Assembly: GCA_018401695.1 (NCBI GenBank)
Contig: JAGYKD010000001.1
Coordinates: 1,116,016-1,180,015, forward strand
Reading direction: 5' to 3'
Length of the DNA stretch: 64,000 bases
From: Flavobacteriales bacterium
Lineage (GTDB): Bacteria; Bacteroidota; Bacteroidia; CAIKAF01
The notes under the pieces were generated by a model. It did no database searches, had not been told where the DNA came from, and was given only the letters and a program-made list of their open reading frames with translations. Both the position numbers and the translations under genes were made by a program. Positions 23,854 through 33,337 of this stretch are shown one piece after another (within the stretch, counting starts at the first letter, position 1; each line of letters begins with the position of its first letter).

Positions 23854-23875
23854 AGACCCTTGACGTTTCGGTCAG
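23854..23875 (+). repeat. Short hairpin repeat, second copy at 47705-47726 (minus)
   Basis: AGACCCTTGACG(T/C)TTCGGTCAG, 21/22 identical between copies. Confidence 0.55.
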
Positions 23876-24000
23876 GGCAGGCAAGTGACGCTCCGGTAAA
23901 GGCGGGCATCCGAAGTTTCCTTGTTAACTGAGGTTTACTCAAAGTAAATTCGTGAGTTTTAATGGTTTGTTTTTGTGCGCCTTATTCGTCTTTGGTTATT

Positions 24001-24182
24001 TATTGGTCATTGGCTGTTGGCCGTTAGCTATTGGCCGTTAGCTATTGGCCGTTAGCTATTGGCAGTTAGCTATTAGCCGTTAGCTATTGGCAGTTAGCTA
24101 TTAGCAGTTAGCTATTGGCAGTTAGCAGTTAGCTATTGGCAGTTAGCAGTTAGCTATTAGCTATTAGCAGTTAGCAGTTAGC
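24001..24182. repeat. Heptamer tandem array, 26 units (TATTGGC/CGTTAGC/AGTTAGC/TATTAGC)
   Basis: Units counted by hand, unbroken 7-bp phase. Confidence 0.95.
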
Positions 24183-24357
24183 CAACACCCAATACCCAAA
24201 AGCCAATACCCAAAAGCCAAAAGCCAATACCCAAAAGCCAAAAGCCAAAAGCCAAAAGCCAAAAGCCAACACCCAATACCCAAAAGCCAAAAGCCAAAAG
24301 CCAAAAGCCAAAAGCCAAAAGCCAAAACCCAAAACCCAAAAGCCAAAACCCAAAAAC
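24183..24357. repeat. Heptamer tandem array, 25 units (CAAAAGC/CAATACC/CAAAACC), ending at the ATG of the four-helix gene
   Basis: Counted by hand; 24183+175=24358 (ATG). Confidence 0.95.
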
Positions 24358-24735
24358 ATGCGAAACTTCAGAGAACTGGATATATGGATCAAGGGGATTT
24401 TAGTAGTAAAAGAGACGTATTTATTAACGAAAGCCCTGCCAGACATAGAAAAATTCGGCTTAATAAGCCAAATGCAAAGATGTGCTGTTTCTATTCCTTC
24501 CAATATTGCTGAAGGGTGTAGCAGAAATAGTCAAATAGAATTTAAACGTTTTTTAGAGATTGCCTTAGGATCTGCATTTGAACTTGAAACTCAACTTATA
24601 CTTTGTTCCGAAATAGGTTATCTCAGTAGTGAAACATTGCAGAGGTCGCTATCTGAATTGCATCTTCTTCAAAAGCAAATGAACGCACTAATTACCAAAA
24701 TTGCTAAAAGCCAACCCCCCAAAACCAAGAGCTAA
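24358..24735 (+). CDS. Four-helix-bundle protein (TIGR02436 / 23S rRNA-IVP family)
   Basis: F.EL.IW, EKFGLISQMQRCAVSIPSNIAEG, FLEIALGS..ELETQL. Confidence 0.95.
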   Translation: MRNFRELDIWIKGILVVKETYLLTKALPDIEKFGLISQMQRCAVSIPSNIAEGCSRNSQIEFKRFLEIALGSAFELETQLILCSEIGYLSSETLQRSLSELHLLQKQMNALITKIAKSQPPKTKS

Positions 24736-24851
24736 AACCCAAAACCCAAAAGCCAAAACCCAAAAGCCAAAACCCAAAACCCAAAACCCAAAAGCCAAAA
24801 CCCAATACCCAAAACCCAATACCCAAAACCCAATACCCAAAACCCAACCCC
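24733..24851. repeat. Heptamer tandem array, about 17 units (CAAAACC/CAAAAGC/CAATACC), starting at the stop codon
   Basis: First unit TAAAACC contains the TAA stop; degenerate units extend back to about 24703. Confidence 0.93.
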
Positions 24852-24971
24852 CATCGCGTTTCCGCAAGTGCCCTTGCCTCCGCCGATTAACCGTATCAGC
24901 TATTTTACTATAAATCAACCCAATATGATAACCCTCCTACACAAATGAAAAGCTTTGGTGCAAACAAAAGT

Positions 24972-25595
24972 GGTGCTTCTACATTATTAAATGCAGGTAA
25001 AAACCACCAATTTTGTTTACGAAATCGAGAAGAGTATTTTAAAAGATGACCAAATTCAAGAAATCAATGAAGTTGCTTCAAGATGTAAAATAAAGGACAG
25101 GATAATAATGGAACATTAAGTCTTAGAAAAATAGAAAGCACAATTTTCGCAAAAAAACACTTGCCTTTATGGATAGTTCATTTCCTAAAAATTCTTGCCG
25201 AAATAGTTTGTCTGTTTTTTACATCTGTACATTCCAAAACGCTGGATTTGGTTAATGAAATTTCGAGATTAACCCCGCTCGATTTCAACCTTGAAAAGAA
25301 TTATTCGTTTTGTTCCTACGAAATCAAGCGATTCCTGAAAGACAGTGCATTGGGAATGATGCCTTCAAAAGTTTGGACTGGAGAGCCGGATTTAACAGGC
25401 GTTTATTTGCTTGTCAAAGAAGAAGGGGAGGTTCTTTGTTGTTTTATTTCCAATAGAAATGAATGTGAGGACTATTTACTAAACAACACTAAACTTGAAT
25501 CAGCTAGTAGTACAAGACACAATTTTGGTACAGTTTTCCGTAAAGATTCAAAGCAATTTTTTTAACTGAATTTGCAAATTGGATTTTTAAAATAA
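24972..25595 (+). pseudogene. HpaII-family restriction endonuclease remnant
   Basis: Fragments GASTLLNAGK/TTNFVY, IKRFL...ALGMMPSKVWTG, NTKLE.ASSTRH.FG, LNLQI; frameshifts, in-frame TAA at 25563-25565, 5' part missing; family recognised from memory. Confidence 0.8.
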
Positions 25596-25707
25596 TGCCA
25601 ACGCTTCTTAGCCACACCTTTAGGCCGTCGTTAAAGCCAGACATACAAGCCAATGCTTGTCAAACAGTATGTCTGTGCTAAGACACAGGTGAAAAGAATG
25701 TAGGTTT

Positions 25708-25838
25708 GCACCACATGGTATAAGAGCCATAGCAAGCAAAGTCCTAAATTCAAGGTCTGTACATTTAATTATCTTTAGTGGTGGCGGACAGGTAATCGCC
25801 TTGAAATCCGCTGCTGCTGGTAAAACTGACCGTTAGGC
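25708..25838 (+). other. Degenerate attC-like site
   Basis: Ends in GTTAGGC (GTTRRRY) 24 bp before the next ATG; left end GCACCAC is a degenerate R''; partial internal dyad. Confidence 0.45.
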
Positions 25839-25862
25839 AAAATGTATTAAACCAAATCGAAC

Positions 25863-26747
25863 ATGAATCTGCTAAATAGGCTTTACCAAATATTTCTATC
25901 GGAGTACGCTAAAAGGAAGATTGAAAAAGCAATTTTATATATTGCATTAGTTGGCTTTTTCATCCACTTGATTTTAATTTACTTATCGAATTTCGGCATA
26001 GTAAACTTGTTTTTAGAATCGGAATTATTTAAAAATCCGATATCGGCAATTTACACCCCATTCTCATTTATTCTTGTTTATGAGGTTTACCTGCTGATCT
26101 ATTACTTGCCCAAGTCGTTTACTACTTACATAACCAAGCAATATGAAATTATAACCCTTATAATTATTCGAAAATTATTCAAAGATTTATCCGCTATTGA
26201 ACTATCGGCAGATTGGTTTCAAATAAAAGGGGATATACAATTCACCTATGATATCTTGGCATCGGTAGTTCTTTTTTACTTGATTTTTCAGTTTCAAAAA
26301 CTAGGAAAGCAAGCATCGGCTGCACAAATGGACAACAGTATGATCATTGAAAGATTTATACGTAGAAAGAAAATAATTGCCCTCACCCTGGTCCCGATAT
26401 TCTTTGTTATGGCTATAGTTACACTTGTGAACTGGATTTCTGATGTTTCTCTGGCCTCGAATGACCTGCCGAGTTTTGAAACCATTAATAATTTATTCTT
26501 TGATGAATTTTTTACCGTACTAATCTTAGTGGATGTCGTACTTCTGTTAATTTCCTTCTTTTATACCGACAAGTTTCATAAAATAATTAGAAATTCCGGA
26601 TTTGTAGTTTCCACGATTTTAATTCGGATGTCATTCGGAGTAAGTGGATTAATTAGTACAATTTTAATTGTAGTAGCTGTCTTGTTCGGGTTAGCAATAA
26701 TTGTAATCCATAATAAATTTGAAAAAAATGCTTTACCCAAGAACTAA
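25863..26747 (+). CDS. Conserved multi-pass membrane protein, AT-rich
   Basis: 294-aa ORF with about 8 hydrophobic segments; AIYTPFSFIL.YEVY, KQYEIITLI..R..FKD. Confidence 0.85.
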   Translation: MNLLNRLYQIFLSEYAKRKIEKAILYIALVGFFIHLILIYLSNFGIVNLFLESELFKNPISAIYTPFSFILVYEVYLLIYYLPKSFTTYITKQYEIITLIIIRKLFKDLSAIELSADWFQIKGDIQFTYDILASVVLFYLIFQFQKLGKQASAAQMDNSMIIERFIRRKKIIALTLVPIFFVMAIVTLVNWISDVSLASNDLPSFETINNLFFDEFFTVLILVDVVLLLISFFYTDKFHKIIRNSGFVVSTILIRMSFGVSGLISTILIVVAVLFGLAIIVIHNKFEKNALPKN

Positions 26748-27025
26748 GCTTTCCCTGGCCCTCTAATGCCCGTAAGCAAACCGCAGTGCACCCGCCGCCT
26801 GCGCACGGGGCAGTTGCCATCGTTGGGCTTGTCATTTAATTTGAGGTTTGGGTAAAGCGGCTTTTCAAGGGCTCCGGAACGGCAGAAAGAAAGGAGAGAG
26901 CAAGGCGGATGGTTCGATACTCCGGCGCGTAATGACCCCTTCCAACACACATTTCCCTACCCAAAAAGCACAGCCGGCTTCCTCCCAGACAAAATGCACT
27001 ACCTAAAACAATGCATTAAAATCAT

Positions 27026-27170
27026 TTTTTTGCCGGTGCGTTGTCCGGAAAGATGCTCGATATTCACTTTTTTGGCAGTGAATTGTCTGGGAAGCCCCTT
27101 GATATCTACTTTTTGGGTAATGCATTGTCCAAAAAGCCCCTCGATCTACCAACTTTTGGCAGTGAATTGG
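27026..27170. repeat. Degenerate 42-bp tandem repeat, about 3.5 units
   Basis: TTGTC/TTGGC at 27041, 27083, 27125, 27167; TTTTGGCAGTGAATTG occurs twice, 84 bp apart. Confidence 0.75.
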
Positions 27171-27343
27171 CACGCACCCACCCAAACTTCATGGTTTTGG
27201 ATAGCTCCCATTCGGCGGCCCTGCGCCCCCCCCCTTCCTAACCTTCAGGCGATGAAGAATCCCAATTTGCTGCCGACCAAGTGTTATTTTTTTTGTCCAC
27301 ACCCACCATACCCAACTCGTTTTCCAACTCTCCCTCTGTTATT

Positions 27344-27508
27344 GCCCCCCGGGGCAAAGGGAGGCTCCTGCACAGGGCGGCTGTAGGGACTGTTGGGCGA
27401 GGAAGCGACCGCAGGAAGCTACCGCAGGCCTACAGCCCCTAAGCTGCCCAAAGCAGAGCCGGAACAAGTCCCGGATAGGATACTTGAACTTCATTGGAAG
27501 GAGGGCCC
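27344..27508 (+). repeat. Structured palindromic element, family B copy B1 (165 bp)
   Basis: GCCCCCCGG..AAGGGAGG head; GAGGAAGCGACC..GGAAGCTACCGCAGGCC centre; GCCGGAACAAG..CCGGATAG..GGCCC tail. Confidence 0.85.
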
Positions 27509-27602
27509 AAATCCCTCTTATTCTCGCTTAAAATGCATATGCACCGCTTGAATTTTGGCTATCTTTGTAGGAAGGTTCGTTGGAATCGTTTACAGGTGTG
27601 TG

Positions 27603-29045
27603 ATGCTTAAACAGAGTCTGCAACAGAAATTACAACAGAAGCTGAGTCCTCAACAGATTCAGCTAATGAAGCTTTTGCAGGTGCCCGTGGCGGCATTGGA
27701 GCAGCGGATAAAGGAAGAATTGGAGGCCAACCCGGCTTTGGAAGAGGGGCAAGAAGAGCTTGCCGATGCCGATGACTATGCACAGGAAACAGAAGATACT
27801 GCCGCCCAGGACGATTTGGATTTAAGCGATTACTTGGACGACGACGATTTTCCTTACTACAAAACTCAGATATCCAATCAAGGGGTGGACGAGGAACAGC
27901 GTTCTATGCCGCTGTCGGCGGGAACCAGTTTTCATGAGAGCTTGCTCGCGCAGATTGGTCTAGGCAGCTTTACTGAGGAGCAGGCCGGCTTAGCTCGGCA
28001 CTTGATAGGGAATTTGGATGAGGACGGCTATTTGATGCGTGATTTGGCTTCGGTGGTAGACGATTTGGCCTTTTCGCAAGGCATTGAAACCACCGAAGAA
28101 GCCTTGGAGGAGGTGTTGTCTTTGGTTCAGCGTTTTGATCCGGCCGGAGTGGGCGCCCGCGATTTGCGCGAATGCTTGCTCATTCAGCTTTGGCGGAGGT
28201 CCAAAAGCCCGGAAGTGCTGGCGGCCATAGAATTGTTGGAAAAGTATTTCGAAGAGTTTACGCGCAAGCACTACGACAAGATTCAGCGGCGCATGGGCCT
28301 GGACGATGAGATGCTAAGGAAGGTGGTTCAGGAGATTTTGCATTTGAACCCCAGGCCGGGCGGAAGTATGAGTCATACCGACCGATCTGCGCAGACCATT
28401 ATCCCGGACTTTTTACTTTTGGTGGAAGAGGGGAAGCTCGAGTTGAGTTTAAATAGCAAGAATGCCCCTGAATTAAGGGTTTCCAAAACCTATGCCGATA
28501 TGTTGGAAGGTTTTGCCCACAACAAAGAGCAGGCCGATAAGAGTCAAAAAGAGGCCGTATTGTTTGTAAAACAAAAGTTAGACGCGGCCCGTTGGTTTAT
28601 TGATGCCATACGTCAACGGCAAGAAACTCTAATGGCGGTAATGGGAACCATACTTGAATTGCAAAGGGCCTATTTTTTGAGCGGGGATGAGCGGGACTTA
28701 AGGCCCATGATATTGAAAGATGTAGCCGACATTGTGGGTTTAGATATTTCTACCGTAAGCAGGGTGGCCAACTCTAAATATATAGAAACTCCCTACGGTA
28801 CATTTTTGCTCAAGAGTTTTTTCTCGGAGTCTTTGTCCACCGAAAGTGGAGAAGAAGTAAGCACTAGGGAGGTGAAAAAGATTCTGTTGGATTGCATCAG
28901 TGGCGAGAACAAGAAGAAGCCATTGACCGATGAAAAATTGGCCGAAATATTAAAGGGGCATGGCTACAATATAGCGCGCCGTACCGTGGCCAAGTACCGA
29001 GAACAACTGGGCATAGCCGTAGCCCGTTTGCGTAAGTCCTTATGA
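27603..29045 (+). CDS. rpoN: RNA polymerase sigma-54 factor
   Basis: Q-rich region I, DPAGVGARDLRECL, RpoN box ARRTVAKYRE; promoter TATCTTTG 27560-27567. Confidence 0.98.
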   Translation: MLKQSLQQKLQQKLSPQQIQLMKLLQVPVAALEQRIKEELEANPALEEGQEELADADDYAQETEDTAAQDDLDLSDYLDDDDFPYYKTQISNQGVDEEQRSMPLSAGTSFHESLLAQIGLGSFTEEQAGLARHLIGNLDEDGYLMRDLASVVDDLAFSQGIETTEEALEEVLSLVQRFDPAGVGARDLRECLLIQLWRRSKSPEVLAAIELLEKYFEEFTRKHYDKIQRRMGLDDEMLRKVVQEILHLNPRPGGSMSHTDRSAQTIIPDFLLLVEEGKLELSLNSKNAPELRVSKTYADMLEGFAHNKEQADKSQKEAVLFVKQKLDAARWFIDAIRQRQETLMAVMGTILELQRAYFLSGDERDLRPMILKDVADIVGLDISTVSRVANSKYIETPYGTFLLKSFFSESLSTESGEEVSTREVKKILLDCISGENKKKPLTDEKLAEILKGHGYNIARRTVAKYREQLGIAVARLRKSL

Positions 29046-29650
29046 GTTTTTGGAAATTGGTTAGCTACCTGTTGCATCCCCTGTGGGTGCCTAGTTTGGC
29101 TATGGCATTGGTTTTAGCGACCCATCCAAGTTTATCGCTGATTATTCCTGCGGCAGGGCAATGGCGTTTGGTGGCCTTTGTCTTTGTGTTTACTGCGGTG
29201 ATTCCGGGGGTTACCGTGGTGTATATGAAGCGGTTTGGATTGGTTAAATCCTTGGAGTTGCCCCAAAGAAAGCAAAGGCGTTTGCCTTTGTTGGTGGCTT
29301 GTCTGAGTTTTTCGGCTGCCTTTTATATGCTGCGATCGGCCATTCCTTTGCCTTTGATTGAGTTACTTATGTTGTCGGGCATGTTGCTTATGGGCCTGGC
29401 GCTTATGATTACCTTATTCTATAAGATAAGCATGCATACGATGGCCTGGGGAGCCATTACCGGTCAGGTGTTGGCGCTTGGTCCCTGGCAAGTGCAGGGC
29501 TTTTTGTTTTGGTTTTCTTTGGCGATTCTGTGCAGCGGTTTAGCGGCTTCTTCGCGCCTTGCATTAAGGGCGCATGTCGGGCATGAGCTGGTAGCCGGTT
29601 TTGGCCTGGGTTTTGTGGTGACCGGAGGCTTGTTTCAAATGTTGCTGTAA
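29042..29650 (+). CDS. PAP2-like membrane protein
   Basis: S..LHPL, KISMH, SSRL.L.AH motifs; hydrophobic. Confidence 0.75.
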   Translation: MSFWKLVSYLLHPLWVPSLAMALVLATHPSLSLIIPAAGQWRLVAFVFVFTAVIPGVTVVYMKRFGLVKSLELPQRKQRRLPLLVACLSFSAAFYMLRSAIPLPLIELLMLSGMLLMGLALMITLFYKISMHTMAWGAITGQVLALGPWQVQGFLFWFSLAILCSGLAASSRLALRAHVGHELVAGFGLGFVVTGGLFQMLL

Positions 29651-29705
29651 GTCAAAATTTTAAGGCTTTCATTCCCCGTAAAGTGGGGGCGAAGAAGTAG
29701 GGGGT

Positions 29706-29723
29706 ATACCTATCCATAGGTAT
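29706..29723. promoter_or_regulatory. Perfect 8-2-8 palindrome, putative operator of the HmuY-like operon
   Basis: ATACCTAT-CC-ATAGGTAT, upstream of -7 element TACTTTTG at 29769-29776. Confidence 0.45.
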
Positions 29724-29797
29724 CTAAATTACCCACTCAACGGGATTGTGGAAGCCCGGGGGCGCCTGTACTTTTGTCTCAGAAAATGTCAAATGTC

Positions 29798-31054
29798 ATG
29801 AAACAACTTTACTTTGCCGGAGCGCTTATGCTTTGTACCGGTTTAACCGCTCAAAATCCCGTGATTGAAGACTCGGTGATTTTGGGACCCAGCTATGTAA
29901 ACAAAGCCTTCTATAGCCTTGCCAATGGAGAAGAAGGCCAAATGGTCAATACCGATTGGGATTTGCAATTTGCTTCCCATACCTCTATGAGCAGCACCAT
30001 TCGCTTAAATGGCGGATTTAATGTAGCCTTATGGCAGTATACCAACGGCGATACCACCGATTGGGCAACTATCGACACCTCCGGCTTGGCCATGGGAAAT
30101 GGTTGGGATCGTTTGCGCGACGAAACCACGGCCTACGAATCGGGAGCTTTTGAGCAAAATGCGACCGGCTTTCCAAACTACGGCTGGGGAAATTACAACC
30201 AGGTGAGTCACGATGTAATTGGCGACCAACTTTTTGTAATGACCACAACCAATGGAGCCTGGAAAAAAGTGTGGATCAAAGGTTTGTTTGCCACTACCCA
30301 ATCTTATGTGGTGCGTGTAGCTGATTTGGATGGCCAAAACGATACCGAGTTTACGGTAAGCCGTTCCGGTCAAGCTTCTAAAAATTGGTTGTATTACGAT
30401 GTAGATGCGGGCCAGCTCCTCAACAATGAACCCGAAAAAACCGACTACGATTTGGTTTTTGAAAAATATGAGGGTTTGTTGGCTCCCGGTACGTATTATC
30501 CGGTAACCGGCGTGCGCTTAAACCGCAACGTTATGGCGGCTCGCGTAGGCGGATTGCCACCCAATGAAGCGGACTACACCACTGTTACCCTCACCGACGA
30601 TATTTCTACCCTCGGACACGATTGGAAAAGTTTTGCAGGCATGGGCTTTGTACTGGACGATTCCTTGTCTTTCTTTATTGAAGACCAATCCGGCGATATT
30701 TGGCACCTATGGTTTACCGGTTTTGTAGGTTCTTCTGCCGGCAAATTTATCTTTAACAAGCAACAGGTAGGGTCTATGTCGGTAACAAATGAAGTAGCCC
30801 AAAACAACAGCTTGGAGGTATATCCCAACCCGGTTGGCGAAACCCTGCATTTGCGTGTTGGTTCCAACCAAGGAGGAGGAAGCTTGCAAATTGTAAGCCT
30901 CCAGGGCCGGGTGGCGTATGCCCAGCAATGGACAGGAAACCAAAGCATGGAATTAAGCTTAGACATAGCCTCTTTAGGTTTGTCTGCCGGGCTGTATGTG
31001 GTGCAATGGGAGTCCGCTGCCGGTCTGCTTGCTCAAAAGTTCGTAGTACGTTGA
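29798..31054 (+). CDS. T9SS-secreted protein with tandem HmuY-like domains
   Basis: Signal peptide LTA-Q; FYSL..DWDLQF..IRLNG and YYD..EP...YDLVF..Y, IG/LG.DWK repeats; type A CTD VYPNP..GLY..KFVVR. Confidence 0.75.
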   Translation: MKQLYFAGALMLCTGLTAQNPVIEDSVILGPSYVNKAFYSLANGEEGQMVNTDWDLQFASHTSMSSTIRLNGGFNVALWQYTNGDTTDWATIDTSGLAMGNGWDRLRDETTAYESGAFEQNATGFPNYGWGNYNQVSHDVIGDQLFVMTTTNGAWKKVWIKGLFATTQSYVVRVADLDGQNDTEFTVSRSGQASKNWLYYDVDAGQLLNNEPEKTDYDLVFEKYEGLLAPGTYYPVTGVRLNRNVMAARVGGLPPNEADYTTVTLTDDISTLGHDWKSFAGMGFVLDDSLSFFIEDQSGDIWHLWFTGFVGSSAGKFIFNKQQVGSMSVTNEVAQNNSLEVYPNPVGETLHLRVGSNQGGGSLQIVSLQGRVAYAQQWTGNQSMELSLDIASLGLSAGLYVVQWESAAGLLAQKFVVR

Positions 31055-31069
31055 TTTTATAAACAAACT

Positions 31070-33337
31070 GTGGCCAACGCGCACAAACAAGTGTTCTTTC
31101 GATTCCATTTAGCGTTACTCATCGGTTGGGTCTGGGCAAGCGTAAGCTTCGCTCAGGCTCCGCTGGTGAACATATTGGACTCCGACGGATTGCCGCTTTA
31201 TGGAGCGCATTTGAGTTTTAGCAAGGACAGTTTGGAGGCTCCGGTGTATAGGGTAACCAATGCCAAGGGCGAAACCGAAATCCCCCTGGCTTTGCCGTGC
31301 AGCGTGGAAGTGCGCTATTTGGGCATGCAGCCACAACGTTTAGTGCTGCAAGGAGCCGGCCCATTCCGAATTCAGTTGCAAGCCGATGCCGTTTTTGCTC
31401 CGGAATATGTGGTTACTGCCCATAGTACGCCTACTCGAATGGAAGAAACGGTGTATCAAGCGCGGGTTATTGACCGGAAACGCATCGATGCACAAGGCGC
31501 TCAAAACCTGCGCGATTTATTAAGCAACGATTTGAATTTCAGACTTTCGCAAGATGCCGTGCTTGGTTCCTCTGTGCAAATGATGGGTGTTGGCGGAGAG
31601 AACATTAAATTGATGATTGACGGCGTGCCGGTTATTGGACGCCTGGACGGCAATATTGACTTGTCCCAAATCAATCTGCAAAATATTGAACGGGTCGAAA
31701 TCATTGAAGGCCCGATGTCTGTCCTCTATGGCTCCAACGCCTTGGGAGGAGTAATCAACCTAATTACCAAAAAGAATCAAGCCCATCAATGGGAAGGCCA
31801 TACCACCTTATTTTACGAAACGGTAGGCAATTACAATGCCGATGCGCGCGTAGCCTGGCAAAAAGGACGGCACCAAGCCTCACTGAGCGGAGGACGTTAC
31901 TTCTTTGATGGGTTCCGCAGCAACGACAGCCTGCGCAGAGTTCAAACCTGGAAACCCAAGGAGCAGTATTTTGCCGATGCGGCTTATGGACTTTCCATTA
32001 AAAAAATGAATTTAAGGTATCAAGGGCAATACTACCGAGAAACCATGCAGTTTAAAGGAAGTCCCGAAATGCCCTTTGGAATTGCCGCTACCGACAAATA
32101 TTTCTATACCGATCGAATAGGCAACAGTCTTTTTTTGAATGGTTTTCTTAAGGATCGTCATCACTTGGATGTAACTGCGGCCTACAACTACTTTTTCAGG
32201 GAGCGGGAAGTATTGCGCAAAGATTTGGTAAGCCTGGACGAAACCCCGGTGGAGACCAGCACCGACCGTTTTGATTTATGGATGAGCCGCGGTATTTATA
32301 CCTGGCAAATAGACACCGCCAAGTTGAGCTTGCAAGCCGGTTATGAAGTGAATTATGAAACCGGACAAGGGCCCCGTATTTTGAATCAGGAACAAGACCA
32401 GTTGGATTTGGCAGGCTTTGCCGCTCTGGAATATAGGCCGCACCGAAAAATTTCCCTTAAACCCGGCATACGTTACGGGTACAACTCCTCTTTTGACGCC
32501 ATTCCTATTCCTTCGTTTCATGCCCGCTTTCAGCCAATAAAATTCCTCACTGCCAGAGCATCTTATGCCCGCGGTTTTAGAGCACCTTCTCTAAAGGAGT
32601 TGTTTTTTGAGTTTGTGGATGTAAATCACAACATTTATGGAAATCCGAACTTGCTTTCGGAGGCCAGCCACAATGCGCAAGTCGGATTAAGTTTTGATAA
32701 ATCATTGAACAAAAACCTCCGATTTAGTGCTGAAGCCAATGGATTTTACAATTATATAGACAATCAAATTCGATTGACCCTGGTCAATGTCACCGACGAT
32801 TCCCTAGTGTATCGGAACGAAAACATCAGTTATTTTCGTTCGTTGGGGACGCGGGTGCAAAGCAGCTTGCAATGGAAGGGACTGCAGCTGCAAGCCGGCT
32901 GGTCCTACACCGGGGTAGAAAATGGCCTTCAAGACATCCCGGAAGACCAAAATCGTCTGGCATTTTTCCACGAAGGGCGTTTGAATTTGGGCTACGATTT
33001 GCGCCGCTACCGCACCTCTTTTCAACTCTTTTTTAAGTATACCGGACGTCAGCCCTTTTTGTACAGTAGTTTTGATGAAAGCTTGCAAACCTCGGTTGTG
33101 CAAGAGGGTTATATCGACGGCTTTGCGAATATGGACGCCTCCCTTACCCAACGGTTCTTAAAAAATAGAGTTACGGTTACCTTTTTGGCCAGGAATTTAA
33201 TGAACATTACCGATGTTCGTCAAACCGCCGGAGCTTCCGGCGGCGCCCACAGTTCGGGAAGCAATGCCTTACCAACCCTTTGGGGGCGTAGTTTTGCGGT
33301 GTCCCTTAGGTATCAATTTTTAGCAGGTAAAAAATGA
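31070..33337 (+). CDS. TonB-dependent receptor (HmuR/CirA-like)
   Basis: VVTA TonB-box region, IDGVP, IERVEIIEGPMSVLYGSNALGGVINLIT, FRAPSLKEL, GNPNL. Confidence 0.95.
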   Translation: MANAHKQVFFRFHLALLIGWVWASVSFAQAPLVNILDSDGLPLYGAHLSFSKDSLEAPVYRVTNAKGETEIPLALPCSVEVRYLGMQPQRLVLQGAGPFRIQLQADAVFAPEYVVTAHSTPTRMEETVYQARVIDRKRIDAQGAQNLRDLLSNDLNFRLSQDAVLGSSVQMMGVGGENIKLMIDGVPVIGRLDGNIDLSQINLQNIERVEIIEGPMSVLYGSNALGGVINLITKKNQAHQWEGHTTLFYETVGNYNADARVAWQKGRHQASLSGGRYFFDGFRSNDSLRRVQTWKPKEQYFADAAYGLSIKKMNLRYQGQYYRETMQFKGSPEMPFGIAATDKYFYTDRIGNSLFLNGFLKDRHHLDVTAAYNYFFREREVLRKDLVSLDETPVETSTDRFDLWMSRGIYTWQIDTAKLSLQAGYEVNYETGQGPRILNQEQDQLDLAGFAALEYRPHRKISLKPGIRYGYNSSFDAIPIPSFHARFQPIKFLTARASYARGFRAPSLKELFFEFVDVNHNIYGNPNLLSEASHNAQVGLSFDKSLNKNLRFSAEANGFYNYIDNQIRLTLVNVTDDSLVYRNENISYFRSLGTRVQSSLQWKGLQLQAGWSYTGVENGLQDIPEDQNRLAFFHEGRLNLGYDLRRYRTSFQLFFKYTGRQPFLYSSFDESLQTSVVQEGYIDGFANMDASLTQRFLKNRVTVTFLARNLMNITDVRQTAGASGGAHSSGSNALPTLWGRSFAVSLRYQFLAGKK

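Noticed and set aside
24358-24735. Diversity-generating retroelement (Avd-like gene) or 23S rRNA intervening sequence
   Set aside because: No reverse transcriptase, TR/VR pair or rRNA sequence seen in the window
24164-24918. Trp/Phe-rich or Lys/Pro-rich ORFs (24164-24346, 24171-24503, 24688-24918, 24701-24913)
   Set aside because: Translation artefacts of the heptamer arrays
25563-25565. Stop-codon recoding in the HpaII-like gene
   Set aside because: Stop is TAA and the gene also has frameshifts and truncation, consistent with decay
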